Assembly: GCA_964372465.1 (NCBI GenBank)
Contig: CAYJRA010000001.1
Location: 21,845-85,844 of the forward strand
Length of the DNA: 64,000 nucleotides
From: an uncultured archaeon
GTDB lineage: Archaea; Aenigmatarchaeota; Aenigmatarchaeia; CG10238-14
Direction of reading: 5' to 3'
The translations under genes were made by a program, and so were the position numbers. Shown here in pieces: positions 56,627-64,000 of the stretch; position 1 is the first letter of the stretch, and each line of letters opens with the position of its first letter. Below the pieces are notes generated by a model. It was not told the DNA's origin and did not search any database. It saw nothing but the letters and a program-made list of their open reading frames with translations.

Positions 56627-57370
56627 TTAAAATTTTCTAGCAAATGTGATCCAACCGGTATGCATGACACCAAGCGTTTTGGGTCTTGTGAAGACTTCTG
56701 TTTGCCACTCTCTTCTTATATTTTCAATTGTTTTCACATTGTTAAATTTGTTTTTATTTATTTCATCTATAACTAGTTTTACTTGTTCTATGCAGGGCGA
56801 AAAAACAACCAACCAACCACCGATTTTTAAAACGTCATAGGCACTTTTCACTACGTTTTCAGCATTTTTCATATCTAATGTCACTAAGTCAACATTTTTT
56901 TCTTTTATACAGTTTGTTATATCCTCATTAATTATCTTTACATTTTTTAGTTTCGCTATTTCTATGTTTTTCTTTGCAATTTCATAAAAACCTACGTTTT
57001 TTTCATATGTAACTACCTTTCCTTTATTACAGTAATAGCCGAGAAATATACTTAGGAAACCTGATCCAGTTCCAGCATCAACTATTAGACCGTTCGTTGG
57101 AACACCTGTAGTTGCTATAATTAAACTGATATCTTCTGGTGTTATCACTTGGGGTACTCTTTTCATTTTCTTGTGCAGAAAATCTATTATTGTTGGTTTT
57201 GCTATCGCAAATTCCTGATTAGAGTGAGTATATATCTTATCCCCGTAGCTCATTTTCTTTATTTTGGATAAGTCTATAATGCCGTATTGTGTATGAAAAT
57301 TTTCATTCTTTAGTTTAACTAGAAAATCCCTCTTTCCTAGCAACAAAACATAATCCTCTTTTATCATCAC
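56627..57370 (-). CDS. trmI: tRNA (adenine-N1-)-methyltransferase TrmI/Gcd14 family
   Basis: PQVITPEDISLIIATTGVPTNGLIVDAGTGSGFLSIFL and DLVTLDM..A..VL..GGWLVVFSPCIEQV are typical of m1A57/58 methyltransferases. Confidence 0.7.
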   Translation of the reverse strand: MMIKEDYVLLLGKRDFLVKLKNENFHTQYGIIDLSKIKKMSYGDKIYTHSNQEFAIAKPTIIDFLHKKMKRVPQVITPEDISLIIATTGVPTNGLIVDAGTGSGFLSIFLGYYCNKGKVVTYEKNVGFYEIAKKNIEIAKLKNVKIINEDITNCIKEKNVDLVTLDMKNAENVVKSAYDVLKIGGWLVVFSPCIEQVKLVIDEINKNKFNNVKTIENIRREWQTEVFTRPKTLGVMHTGWITFARKF

Positions 57371-57432
57371 TATAAGAATTAAACAACAAGCATAAATCGC
57401 TTTTCTAATTACTAACCATGGTCTTAGAGCAA

Positions 57433-57558
57433 TTATTTCTTCTTCAGGTTTTTTCTACATGTCTTGCACAAAGGAGCCCTGAAACCAAGCCAATTAACTC
57501 TTATCAGTCTACCCACTTCTTTTATTGCCTTTCCACATTTACTACATTTTTTTTGCAC
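57433..57558 (-). CDS. Small zinc-ribbon protein (hypothetical, GTG start)
   Basis: Only the C-terminal 41 codons of the 90-aa track ORF look protein-like: (V)QKKCSKCGKAIKEVGRLIRVNWLGFRAPLCKTCRKNLKKK, a CxxC-x22-CxxC. No family recognised. Confidence 0.3.
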   Translation of the reverse strand: MQKKCSKCGKAIKEVGRLIRVNWLGFRAPLCKTCRKNLKKK

Positions 57559-57633
57559 GAGACCACTTAAGTAGATATTTATCCTTAATATTATTTTGTA
57601 TAATGAATTATATTTAATTAAATGTGATGCTAT

Positions 57634-58695
57634 TTGAAATGCTATATAACCATAAATCCACTGGGTGTTTTTGGAACAAATGAAAGTGGTAATATAGTAA
57701 AACACACCCCTTTCAATAGAGATTCGACTTTAACAGCCAAAAAGATTTTAAATAACGATGTTTTACCAGAAGAGACTGATATTATGTCTTATCTAAAGAA
57801 ATCTGGGTACGATGCGTTTATTTCTTCCAAAAGAAGCAGTTTTTATTCATTTGAGCCGAATAATTTTGGAGATAGATTAGTTAGAAAGAAGATAAGATCT
57901 ATAGCTAAAGACATGAATTTAAACGAAGTTCACCTTAACAAATATCTGTCAGATGTTGGTGTTGAAATATCTAGGATAATGACCAAACAGACTGTTAAAA
58001 AAGACAAAATAGTGATAGAAACCATAAATGCTATTGATGAGTTGGACAAATCAATTAATATTTTTATTAGTCGTTTAAGAGAATGGTACGGGCTGCATTT
58101 CCCAGAATTAGATAATCTTGTTGACAACCATGAAAAATATATTAAAATTGTATCCACATATGGGTTAAGAGAAAACATTTCTGACGAGAAGTTAGTCGAT
58201 TTGGCTAAAGGCAGCATGGGAATAGAGCTTGATAAAAAAGATGAAGATGTTTTGAAAGAGTTTACGAGTAATATACTGAATTTATATAAATTAAGAAGTA
58301 GTTTAGAAAATTATGTGGAATCAGTTCTCAACAAAATTGCCCCAAATTTTAGTTCTATTGCAGGACCTTTATTAGCAGCCAGATTGATATCACTTGTAGG
58401 CGGCTTAGAAAAACTGGCAAAAAAACCATCATCTACCATACAGCTTTTAGGTGCTGAAAAGGCGCTATTCAGATATCTACACGGTCGTGGCAGAAGTCCG
58501 AAATACGGGAGTTTATATATGCATAGTTTAATCCAACAGGCCCCCGCCAATAAAAAAGGTAAGATAGCAAGAGTTCTAGCATCCAAATTAAGCATTGCGA
58601 TTAAAATGGATTATTATGGAGGAGCAAATAAGTCAGATCAATTCAAAAAGGATTTAGAAGAAAAAATAAAGAACATATTATTGAATGACAAATAA
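57634..58695 (+). CDS. nop5: Nop5 (Nop56/58) C/D box sRNP core protein
   Basis: LREWYGLHFPEL, IAGPLLAARLISLVGGLEKLAKKPSSTIQLLGAEKALFR..G...PKYG. Confidence 0.9.
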   Translation: MKCYITINPLGVFGTNESGNIVKHTPFNRDSTLTAKKILNNDVLPEETDIMSYLKKSGYDAFISSKRSSFYSFEPNNFGDRLVRKKIRSIAKDMNLNEVHLNKYLSDVGVEISRIMTKQTVKKDKIVIETINAIDELDKSINIFISRLREWYGLHFPELDNLVDNHEKYIKIVSTYGLRENISDEKLVDLAKGSMGIELDKKDEDVLKEFTSNILNLYKLRSSLENYVESVLNKIAPNFSSIAGPLLAARLISLVGGLEKLAKKPSSTIQLLGAEKALFRYLHGRGRSPKYGSLYMHSLIQQAPANKKGKIARVLASKLSIAIKMDYYGGANKSDQFKKDLEEKIKNILLNDK

Positions 58696-58710
58696 TAAAA
58701 CAAGTTTTTA

Positions 58711-59055
58711 ATGTTATTTTCATCTATTAGTACCATGTCAGACATACATGGTTTGTCCATATTTTTGCTTTTGGTTTTAATAGTTATAGTGGCTGTTGGT
58801 TCTATATTGATTTTGAAATCTTCATCCAGTAGCTTTGATGCGCCCAAAGTGTCATGTTTTAAAGATGATGATTGCGTTCCAGCCACATGTTGTCATGCAA
58901 ATAAAGCTATAAACAGGGTTTATTCACCAGACTGTTTTGGCGTAGCATGCACAGAAGAATGTCAAAAAGGCACTATCGATTGTGGTTGTGGTAGAGTAGC
59001 ATGTATAAATAATAAATGTTCAATAATCTGGACAAGAAACAACAGTTGGTGTTGA
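58711..59055 (+). CDS. Membrane-anchored Cys-rich small protein
   Basis: TM helix LSIFLLLVLIVIVAVGSILIL, then ~70 aa with 12 Cys (CFKDDDCVPATCCH...CFGVACTEECQKGTIDCGCGRVACINNKC...WC). Fills the nop5-flpA junction exactly, with a 1-nt gap to flpA. Confidence 0.5.
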   Translation: MLFSSISTMSDIHGLSIFLLLVLIVIVAVGSILILKSSSSSFDAPKVSCFKDDDCVPATCCHANKAINRVYSPDCFGVACTEECQKGTIDCGCGRVACINNKCSIIWTRNNSWC

Positions 59056-59056
59056 T

Positions 59057-59725
59057 ATGGAAATAGTACCGCATAAAAAATTCAAAGGAATTTTCTTATT
59101 TAAAAATAATTTAGCTACAAAAAACTTAGTACCAGGAAAAAATGTTTATGAAGAGCAATTAATTAGACATGATGGTACTGAATACAGAGAATGGATACCA
59201 TTTAGATCCAAACCGGCTGCGGCCATAAAAAAAGGATTAAACCAATTTCCTTTATCAGAAAAAATGAAAATTCTTTATTTGGGTTTGGCCAGCGCGACAA
59301 CGGCATCTCATTTTTCTGACATTGTTGGAAAGGAAGGATTGATATATGGTATAGAGTTTTCTGAAAGAGTATTGAGAAAAACTTTACCTATCGCCAAAGA
59401 CAGAGAAAACATAGTTCCCTTGTTGGCCGATGGCAGAAACCCAGAAAGTTATTCTTGGATCGAAGAAGTGGATCTCGTTTATGCAGATATAGCCGTTCCT
59501 GACATGACAGATGCTTTGATAAGAAATTGTGATTTCTTTTTAAAGCCAAATGGATTTGCTATGATAGCTATTAAATCCAGAAGCATTGATGTAACTGCGA
59601 ACCCCAAAGAAGTTTATAAAAATGAGAGAAAAAAACTTGAAAACAAATTCAATGTAATTGATTTTATAACATTGGAGCCTCTTGAAAGAGATCATGGATT
59701 TTTTGTTTTGAAATCCAAGAATTGA
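59057..59725 (+). CDS. flpA: Fibrillarin (rRNA/tRNA 2'-O-methyltransferase)
   Basis: YREWIPFRSKPAAAI, ILYLGLASATTASHFSDIV, VYADIA, and IAIKSRSIDVT at the C-terminal part. Confidence 0.9.
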   Translation: MEIVPHKKFKGIFLFKNNLATKNLVPGKNVYEEQLIRHDGTEYREWIPFRSKPAAAIKKGLNQFPLSEKMKILYLGLASATTASHFSDIVGKEGLIYGIEFSERVLRKTLPIAKDRENIVPLLADGRNPESYSWIEEVDLVYADIAVPDMTDALIRNCDFFLKPNGFAMIAIKSRSIDVTANPKEVYKNERKKLENKFNVIDFITLEPLERDHGFFVLKSKN

Positions 59726-59756
59726 TATTAAAATAAAAAAGCGTCACAATAATTGA

Positions 59757-59963
59757 TTAGCTATGATATTCCGGTTTGGAATCTTCGTACTCCACTTGAA
59801 TTCTGTTTGGACTTACACCAAGAGAATTTGCATAAGATTGTTTCATACCATCTTCATCTAAGCTTCTGGTTGGTACTATTAGATAATATACGCCTTTTTT
59901 TATTTGTAATCTACAGGAATATTCTACTGCCAATAGTATATGATCTGGGTGTAAAATGCACAT
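59757..59963 (-). CDS. Hypothetical small protein
   Basis: 68-aa ORF (…GVYYLIVPTRSLDEDGMKQSYANSLGVSPNRIQVEYED…). No family recognised. It lies in an otherwise 420-bp non-coding stretch. Confidence 0.25.
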   Translation of the reverse strand: MCILHPDHILLAVEYSCRLQIKKGVYYLIVPTRSLDEDGMKQSYANSLGVSPNRIQVEYEDSKPEYHS

Positions 59964-60144
59964 TAAACATCAAAAATAATAATATAATTTACTGGAAATT
60001 TTAGTTTTTCTATTTTTGGTTCTACATATATTTTTCTATGATATTATAATACACTGTTTTTATTACTTGAATTAATTAACAGGTTTTATCCAACCTATCA
60101 TATTTTTTCCATTAATTAAGTTCAGTTTCATCTTCAATACGTTT

Positions 60145-60369
60145 CTATCTATCAGTAAACTCCCATGAATCTGTGCTAATTCTTCCATTATTCCAACCTC
60201 CATATATGTTTAGCTCTGTAAGTTTTCTTTGTGCCAATGATATTTGTTCGGCCAAGACACTTTCATTGCAACTTTTACAAAAAACTCTCTTATTCCCGAA
60301 CCCGTCCAAAAATTTTATTAGTCTTGGAGAATTGCATTTGTAACATTGCATCATTATCACTAACATCAT
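60145..60369 (-). CDS. Small zinc-ribbon protein (hypothetical)
   Basis: CYKC-x19-CKSC. 74 aa. Confidence 0.35.
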   Translation of the reverse strand: MMLVIMMQCYKCNSPRLIKFLDGFGNKRVFCKSCNESVLAEQISLAQRKLTELNIYGGWNNGRISTDSWEFTDR

Positions 60370-60452
60370 TTTAATTTGGGTGTATACTTGTTTTTTGGAG
60401 GAGTATAGTTTCTTTGAATATGGGAAAGAAGGCAGAATAAGCCTTTTTTATA

Positions 60453-61571
60453 TTAAACTAAAGCTAAGAATTCCTCAAAAAAATTATCTAAGTCGTCAAT
60501 GTTCATATTTATCCCAATAGCGGATTTATGCCCACCACCAATGGCAGAAGGTATATTTTTGTTTATTTTTTTTAATATATCGACCAGATTAACCTCTCTT
60601 TTGCTTTGTTCGGATCGAATACTTATTTTAACTTTACCGCCTCTTCTATTTTTATTTATGACACAAACTATCCATTCCGGATATTTCTTTCTAATTTTAT
60701 CAGACAAAAAGGAGGTGATTCCGCTCAAATTCACATTCTTCGGTTCAAATAAAATAACTTTTTTGTCATTGTAGAATTTTGCCGTTTTTTCGAAATTATC
60801 CATAGAATTTTCTATTTCTGAAACCATTTTTTCATAAAACTTTTTGACTAAATAAGAATTGTTGGTAAGTCCGTTGATAAATTGATCCGGTCTATTTTTA
60901 CATTCGATCAAACTTAATACGGTAGTTTTTGTCCCATCACCGCCTTTAACCATCCTTCCAGATCTTACCATATCCCACATTATTCCAAAAACTGAGTTTT
61001 CCACATTTTCTTGTGTTATATCTACTTTGATCATGTCAGGATACTCTTTTTTTACATCGTCAAAAATTTCTTTACATGTTTCTACCCTGTGGTCTTCTGT
61101 AACGCCTATGCAGCCTATCCAAGATATATTTTCACTGGGAAACATTTTTTTCAAAACTTTGTAAACCATAAAACTTGTCGGGACAACCTTGACATCATTT
61201 TTTTCAAAAACCCGGGGGTTCAAATATAGCATATTGCCAGTTCTGATGTTCTCCCCAAAAATATGATGATCAAGAACGAAACCGTTGAATATGTTTAATT
61301 TTTTCGGATCTATTGATAGATCTAAAGTTACTGTAAGCTCAGGATTTATTATTTTTAACGAATTCAGTAACCTTTTATTTATACTGTTGGTTCCTCTCAA
61401 AGGAAACAAAATCGGGTAAGATCCTATCAAGTTGTTAATTAATATTGAAAACAACGCAGCAGAAGAGCAACCATCACCATCATCATGATGAAGCAGGCAG
61501 ACAACATCATCCTTTTTTAATTTTTTAAGAATGTTTTCTATGGTTTCAATTAACTCGTTTAAGTTATTCAG
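60453..61571 (-). CDS. DHH/DHHA1 phosphoesterase (NrnA/RecJ-like), proposed CTG start
   Basis: DHH motif III VLDHHIF and DHHA1 GGGHKSAIG lie in the track ORF. Motif I/II (DDVVCLLHHDDGDGCSSAALF) is encoded in the same frame upstream of the track's TTG start (61454). That 39-codon stretch has no ATG/GTG/TTG. A CTG at 61571-61569 overlaps the HD-gene stop (CTGA) and follows GGTGAGG (61582-61576). Confidence 0.65.
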   Translation of the reverse strand: MNNLNELIETIENILKKLKKDDVVCLLHHDDGDGCSSAALFSILINNLIGSYPILFPLRGTNSINKRLLNSLKIINPELTVTLDLSIDPKKLNIFNGFVLDHHIFGENIRTGNMLYLNPRVFEKNDVKVVPTSFMVYKVLKKMFPSENISWIGCIGVTEDHRVETCKEIFDDVKKEYPDMIKVDITQENVENSVFGIMWDMVRSGRMVKGGDGTKTTVLSLIECKNRPDQFINGLTNNSYLVKKFYEKMVSEIENSMDNFEKTAKFYNDKKVILFEPKNVNLSGITSFLSDKIRKKYPEWIVCVINKNRRGGKVKISIRSEQSKREVNLVDILKKINKNIPSAIGGGHKSAIGINMNIDDLDNFFEEFLALV

Positions 61572-62188
61572 CCTTCCTCACCAGCCTCTTGCATCTTTTG
61601 TCTTCTTAACAATTCAAATTGTTTTTCCAATTTCAGTTTCCCATAATAATAATATTCTATCAATGAAACGAGAGTGTCTAAATAATGTAAAGTTAGTGCC
61701 TCGAAAGATCTTGGCGGCGTTGGTCCACCCTCCCCGAAATGAGATGCTACTATATGTATAACTTCCTCAGGAAATCCTCTGGCGTATAATTCAGCCACAG
61801 CGAGCATTGTGTGATCAAGCATTATACCCGTTGGCTCCAAATCACCATCTTGATCTCTATTGTATTCAAATGCCTTCATCAAATCGTGAAGTATAGTTCC
61901 AGCTAATAAGTGATCTTCATTTAAGTTGAGACCATATTGCTCTTTAAACAGTTTTGCAGCATGAGAGCAGAACTCAGCTAGAGTAACTGTATGATTAAGC
62001 ACGTCTCTTTCTACAGGACCCAAGCTGGACGATCCCACAGAAAAAACACTTGCAGCCCTGTTTATAGCTTCCGCTTTGTATTTTTGGAATTCTTTGTTAG
62101 AAAGCTTCATATCTTTGATTAAGTCTATCACTTTCTTTCTCAAATCCTTATCTTTTATTTTTTCAGCCTGTTTCAGCAATTTTTCCAT
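61568..62188 (-). CDS. HD-domain metal-dependent phosphohydrolase
   Basis: H...HD pattern (VLNHTVTLAEF ... AGTILHDLMK ... MLDHT). 206 aa. Confidence 0.6.
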   Translation of the reverse strand: MEKLLKQAEKIKDKDLRKKVIDLIKDMKLSNKEFQKYKAEAINRAASVFSVGSSSLGPVERDVLNHTVTLAEFCSHAAKLFKEQYGLNLNEDHLLAGTILHDLMKAFEYNRDQDGDLEPTGIMLDHTMLAVAELYARGFPEEVIHIVASHFGEGGPTPPRSFEALTLHYLDTLVSLIEYYYYGKLKLEKQFELLRRQKMQEAGEEG

Positions 62189-62308
62189 GTTATTACCTTA
62201 GTAGTTTTTTGTGACTATATATTAAAAACCTTTACCAAACCACCATTACTTTGATTCCATAAAGAGACAATTCAGAAACATTTGGAAGATTGGCAATAAA
62301 ATAAAAAA

Positions 62309-62620
62309 TTAGCCAAATAAACTAGCTAATCCACTAGCCGCCTCTTCTGCTTTCCTTTCTTCCGCTTTATCGTCCTTTACTTCTTTCTTTTCTGCTTTAG
62401 CTTCTGCTCCACCGCTTGCTACAGGTGTTGTAGCCATCATTGGCATTGCGGATTGTTTAATAACTTCTTCTATATTAACTCCTTCTAGAGCTGATACCAA
62501 AGCCTTTACTTTAGCATCATCCGATTTGCAACCCGCGCTTTCCAACACTTTCTTAACATTACCTTCGTTCACTTCTTTTCCTACAGAGTGAAGCAATAGC
62601 GCTGAATATATGTATTCCAC
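62309..62620 (-). CDS. rpl12: 50S ribosomal stalk protein P1 (L12ae)
   Basis: [30 protein letters not shown]..., an Ala/Glu/Lys-rich hinge and the canonical tail [15 protein letters not shown] start preceded by AGGAGGTG (62634-62627). Confidence 0.9.
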   Translation of the reverse strand: MEYIYSALLLHSVGKEVNEGNVKKVLESAGCKSDDAKVKALVSALEGVNIEEVIKQSAMPMMATTPVASGGAEAKAEKKEVKDDKAEERKAEEAASGLASLFG

Positions 62621-62632
62621 TTTTTACACCTC

Positions 62633-63427
62633 CTAAATTTTCAATTCATTCTCTAATACTTTTAACCTTTTAAGCGTTTGATGATCTGTGAAGTCAGCAT
62701 GACATGGTACGATTGTGACAGCATTTTTTATGCATTTCGCATCGCTGTTTTCAGGAAATTTCTTGTTTTTATACGGTAGTCCAATATTCAAAAAATATTC
62801 TTTCTTTTTGTCAATTCCGTCATCATAATATCCTGTTCTTATTGCGTTGACGATCTTCACTTTTTTAGATCTTTTTGTTGGAATATTAATATTCCACCAA
62901 TCGGCACCCATCAAACCATTATTCAAAACCCACTTCATTATTTTTTCTTCTACCTTTTGCGGGAAATCAAACATGTGCTCAAATCCTTCATGATCTGTGT
63001 GATGAATATATTTTATTTCTTCATTCTCAGGCGTGTAACCAAATGCTAATGATGGCACGCCAAAGCAAGATGCCATAAATGCGGCTGAACACGTTCCTGA
63101 CATAATTATTGCCGAGTTGCTGATCTGTTCTCCTATGTTGATCCCGGAGATAACAAAATCTGGTTTGTTATCTACTAAATCATGAAGTAATGCTAATCTT
63201 ACAACATCGACAGGCGTTCCGTCAACAGAAATGCATTCAGATCCATCCAATAGCTCTCTTTTATAATATTTTACAGGTTTATTTATAGTCATTCTCGATC
63301 CACCAGCTGTATTTTGAGTTTCTGTTGCATATACATATACTTCACCTAAATCTTCAACAGCTTTTTTTGAAGCCAGCAATCCTGGTGAATTGTATCCATC
63401 ATCGCATGTCAACAAAAATTTCACCAT
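62633..63427 (-). CDS. surE: 5'/3'-nucleotidase SurE
   Basis: Start taken at the ATG at 63427 (MVKFLLTCDDGYNSPGL). GTPVDVVRLAL, PDFVISGINIGEQISNSAIIMSGTCSAAFMA. The track's TTG start at 63439 would overlap P0. Confidence 0.8.
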   Translation of the reverse strand: MVKFLLTCDDGYNSPGLLASKKAVEDLGEVYVYATETQNTAGGSRMTINKPVKYYKRELLDGSECISVDGTPVDVVRLALLHDLVDNKPDFVISGINIGEQISNSAIIMSGTCSAAFMASCFGVPSLAFGYTPENEEIKYIHHTDHEGFEHMFDFPQKVEEKIMKWVLNNGLMGADWWNINIPTKRSKKVKIVNAIRTGYYDDGIDKKKEYFLNIGLPYKNKKFPENSDAKCIKNAVTIVPCHADFTDHQTLKRLKVLENELKI

Positions 63428-63428
63428 C

Positions 63429-64000
63429 TTAAACACCAATTTTATTCTGCACCATATCTCCGTGCATTTTCGCCTTTCTCAGTAGATCTTCTATGACGCC
63501 CTTTTCTAGTATGTTTTTATTTATGCCTAAGTTTTTAGCATTCAAGTACGCTTTTTGTAATAAAATTTTGATGGACTCTTTTGTTGGATATTCCGTGTTA
63601 ACTGCTAGATTTAATGCCTGTAAATGTGCTTCCATTAGTTTTTGTATGTATTCCTCTGCGCTGACAGCTAATATCTCTTTATTGAATATGAAGCCGTCCT
63701 CCCATACCTCTACAAGATTAACACCGATTTTCATTGGCTGAATGCCTAGTTTTTTCAGGAGGTTTGCAATGTCCGCAGTTACTACGCCACCCTTTCTAAG
63801 CACTGTTGTTTCTTTTGAAACATGAATCTTTCCCTCTTTAACCATAGCAGGTATTTTCGCCCTTTGCAATTCACCTATGGCTGGGCCCGCAGGAAGCTTT
63901 GTTGGCCCCTCAGGAATTACTATATCTGAAATTGCCACATCTTTCTCTTTAGCATATGTGGCTGATTGGTTCTCTCCCAAAACTTTGCTCAATTTGAATG
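63429..64000 (-). CDS. rplP0: 50S ribosomal stalk protein P0 (L10), C-terminal part (5' end beyond window)
   Basis: VIPEGPTKLPAGPAIGELQRAKIPAMVKEGKIHVSKETTVLRKGGVVTADIANLLKKLGIQPMKIGVNLVEVWEDGFIF...YPTKESIKILLQKAYLNAKNLG is the P0 domain II and following helices. The ORF ends ...RKAKMHGDMVQNKIGV without an acidic tail. Confidence 0.85.
   Translation of the reverse strand, partial: FKLSKVLGENQSATYAKEKDVAISDIVIPEGPTKLPAGPAIGELQRAKIPAMVKEGKIHVSKETTVLRKGGVVTADIANLLKKLGIQPMKIGVNLVEVWEDGFIFNKEILAVSAEEYIQKLMEAHLQALNLAVNTEYPTKESIKILLQKAYLNAKNLGINKNILEKGVIEDLLRKAKMHGDMVQNKIGV

Noticed and set aside
57559-57705. The full 90-aa version of the reverse-strand ORF 57433-57705
   Set aside because: Its N-terminal two thirds overlap the nop5 start and promoter region and translate to an implausible Tyr/Ile/Phe-rich sequence. 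Only the C-terminal CxxC...CxxC part (from the GTG at 57558) looks protein-like, and even that is low confidence.
59753-60004. An 83-aa + strand ORF in the flpA-downstream spacer
   Set aside because: Its translation is Leu/Ile/Phe-rich with no recognisable features. It overlaps the slightly more protein-like reverse-strand ORF 59757-59963, and neither is well supported.
61568-61580. Possible in-frame TGA read-through or recoding that would fuse the HD-domain protein to the DHH protein
   Set aside because: Recounting the coordinates showed that the two ORFs are in different frames. The TGA closing the DHH frame upstream (61580-61578) is not the HD stop (61570-61568). Other genes in the window also terminate normally at TGA, so there is no evidence for stop-codon reassignment. 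A -1 frameshift would have to occur within ~10 nt that lack a slippery heptamer.
1-64000. CRISPR arrays, rRNA genes, IS elements, toxin-antitoxin or defence systems
   Set aside because: I scanned the intergenic regions and small ORFs on both strands. No regularly spaced direct repeats, no rRNA-like GC-rich structured stretches other than the two tRNAs, and no recognisable defence or mobile-element proteins were seen.

Overview
This is an AT-rich, gene-dense archaeal chromosome segment. Archaeal hallmark genes are present: histone, RadA, RPA, Orc1/Cdc6, family-B DNA polymerase, archaeal DnaG, Hel308, Hjc-like resolvase, Nop5/fibrillarin, NAC, the P0/P1 ribosomal stalk and AglB. Compact genes with many 1-11 nt overlaps fit a small-genome (DPANN-type) archaeon, but that is inference only. 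The window has three blocks. (i) 1-7.7 kb holds pelota (partial), two surface proteins, tRNA-Val, an EndoQ-like PHP nuclease, a HAD hydrolase, an rpa-radA pair and a histone. (ii) 7.8-38.7 kb is a ~31 kb glycosylation / surface-glycan island. It encodes AglB, an AglH-like GlcNAc-1-P transferase, an Alg14/Alg13-like split pair, a Wzx-like flippase, seven GT4 and four GT2 enzymes (two of them Dpm1-like), four extra GT-C-like membrane proteins, four SAM methyltransferases, two radical SAM enzymes, UDP-glucose dehydrogenase plus UDP-glucuronate decarboxylase, and an FAD oxidoreductase/DUF362 pair. (iii) 38.8-64 kb holds information-processing genes. The main finding is a replication origin at 45966-46332, with inverted ORB elements sharing the 14-mer ACCCCCTTATTTCC. 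It lies directly upstream of an operon of orc1/cdc6, a DP1-like subunit with degraded phosphodiesterase motifs, and a PolB carrying a C-terminal zinc ribbon. A further perfect ORB copy sits downstream of polB. The block also contains a tRNA-Pro(CGG) with a 16-nt intron, a DHH gene that seems to start at CTG in a CTGA stop/start overlap, and a stalk operon interrupted by surE with a P0 that lacks the acidic tail. No rRNA, CRISPR array, transposase or integrase was seen. All family assignments come from motif reading by eye; no database search was possible.
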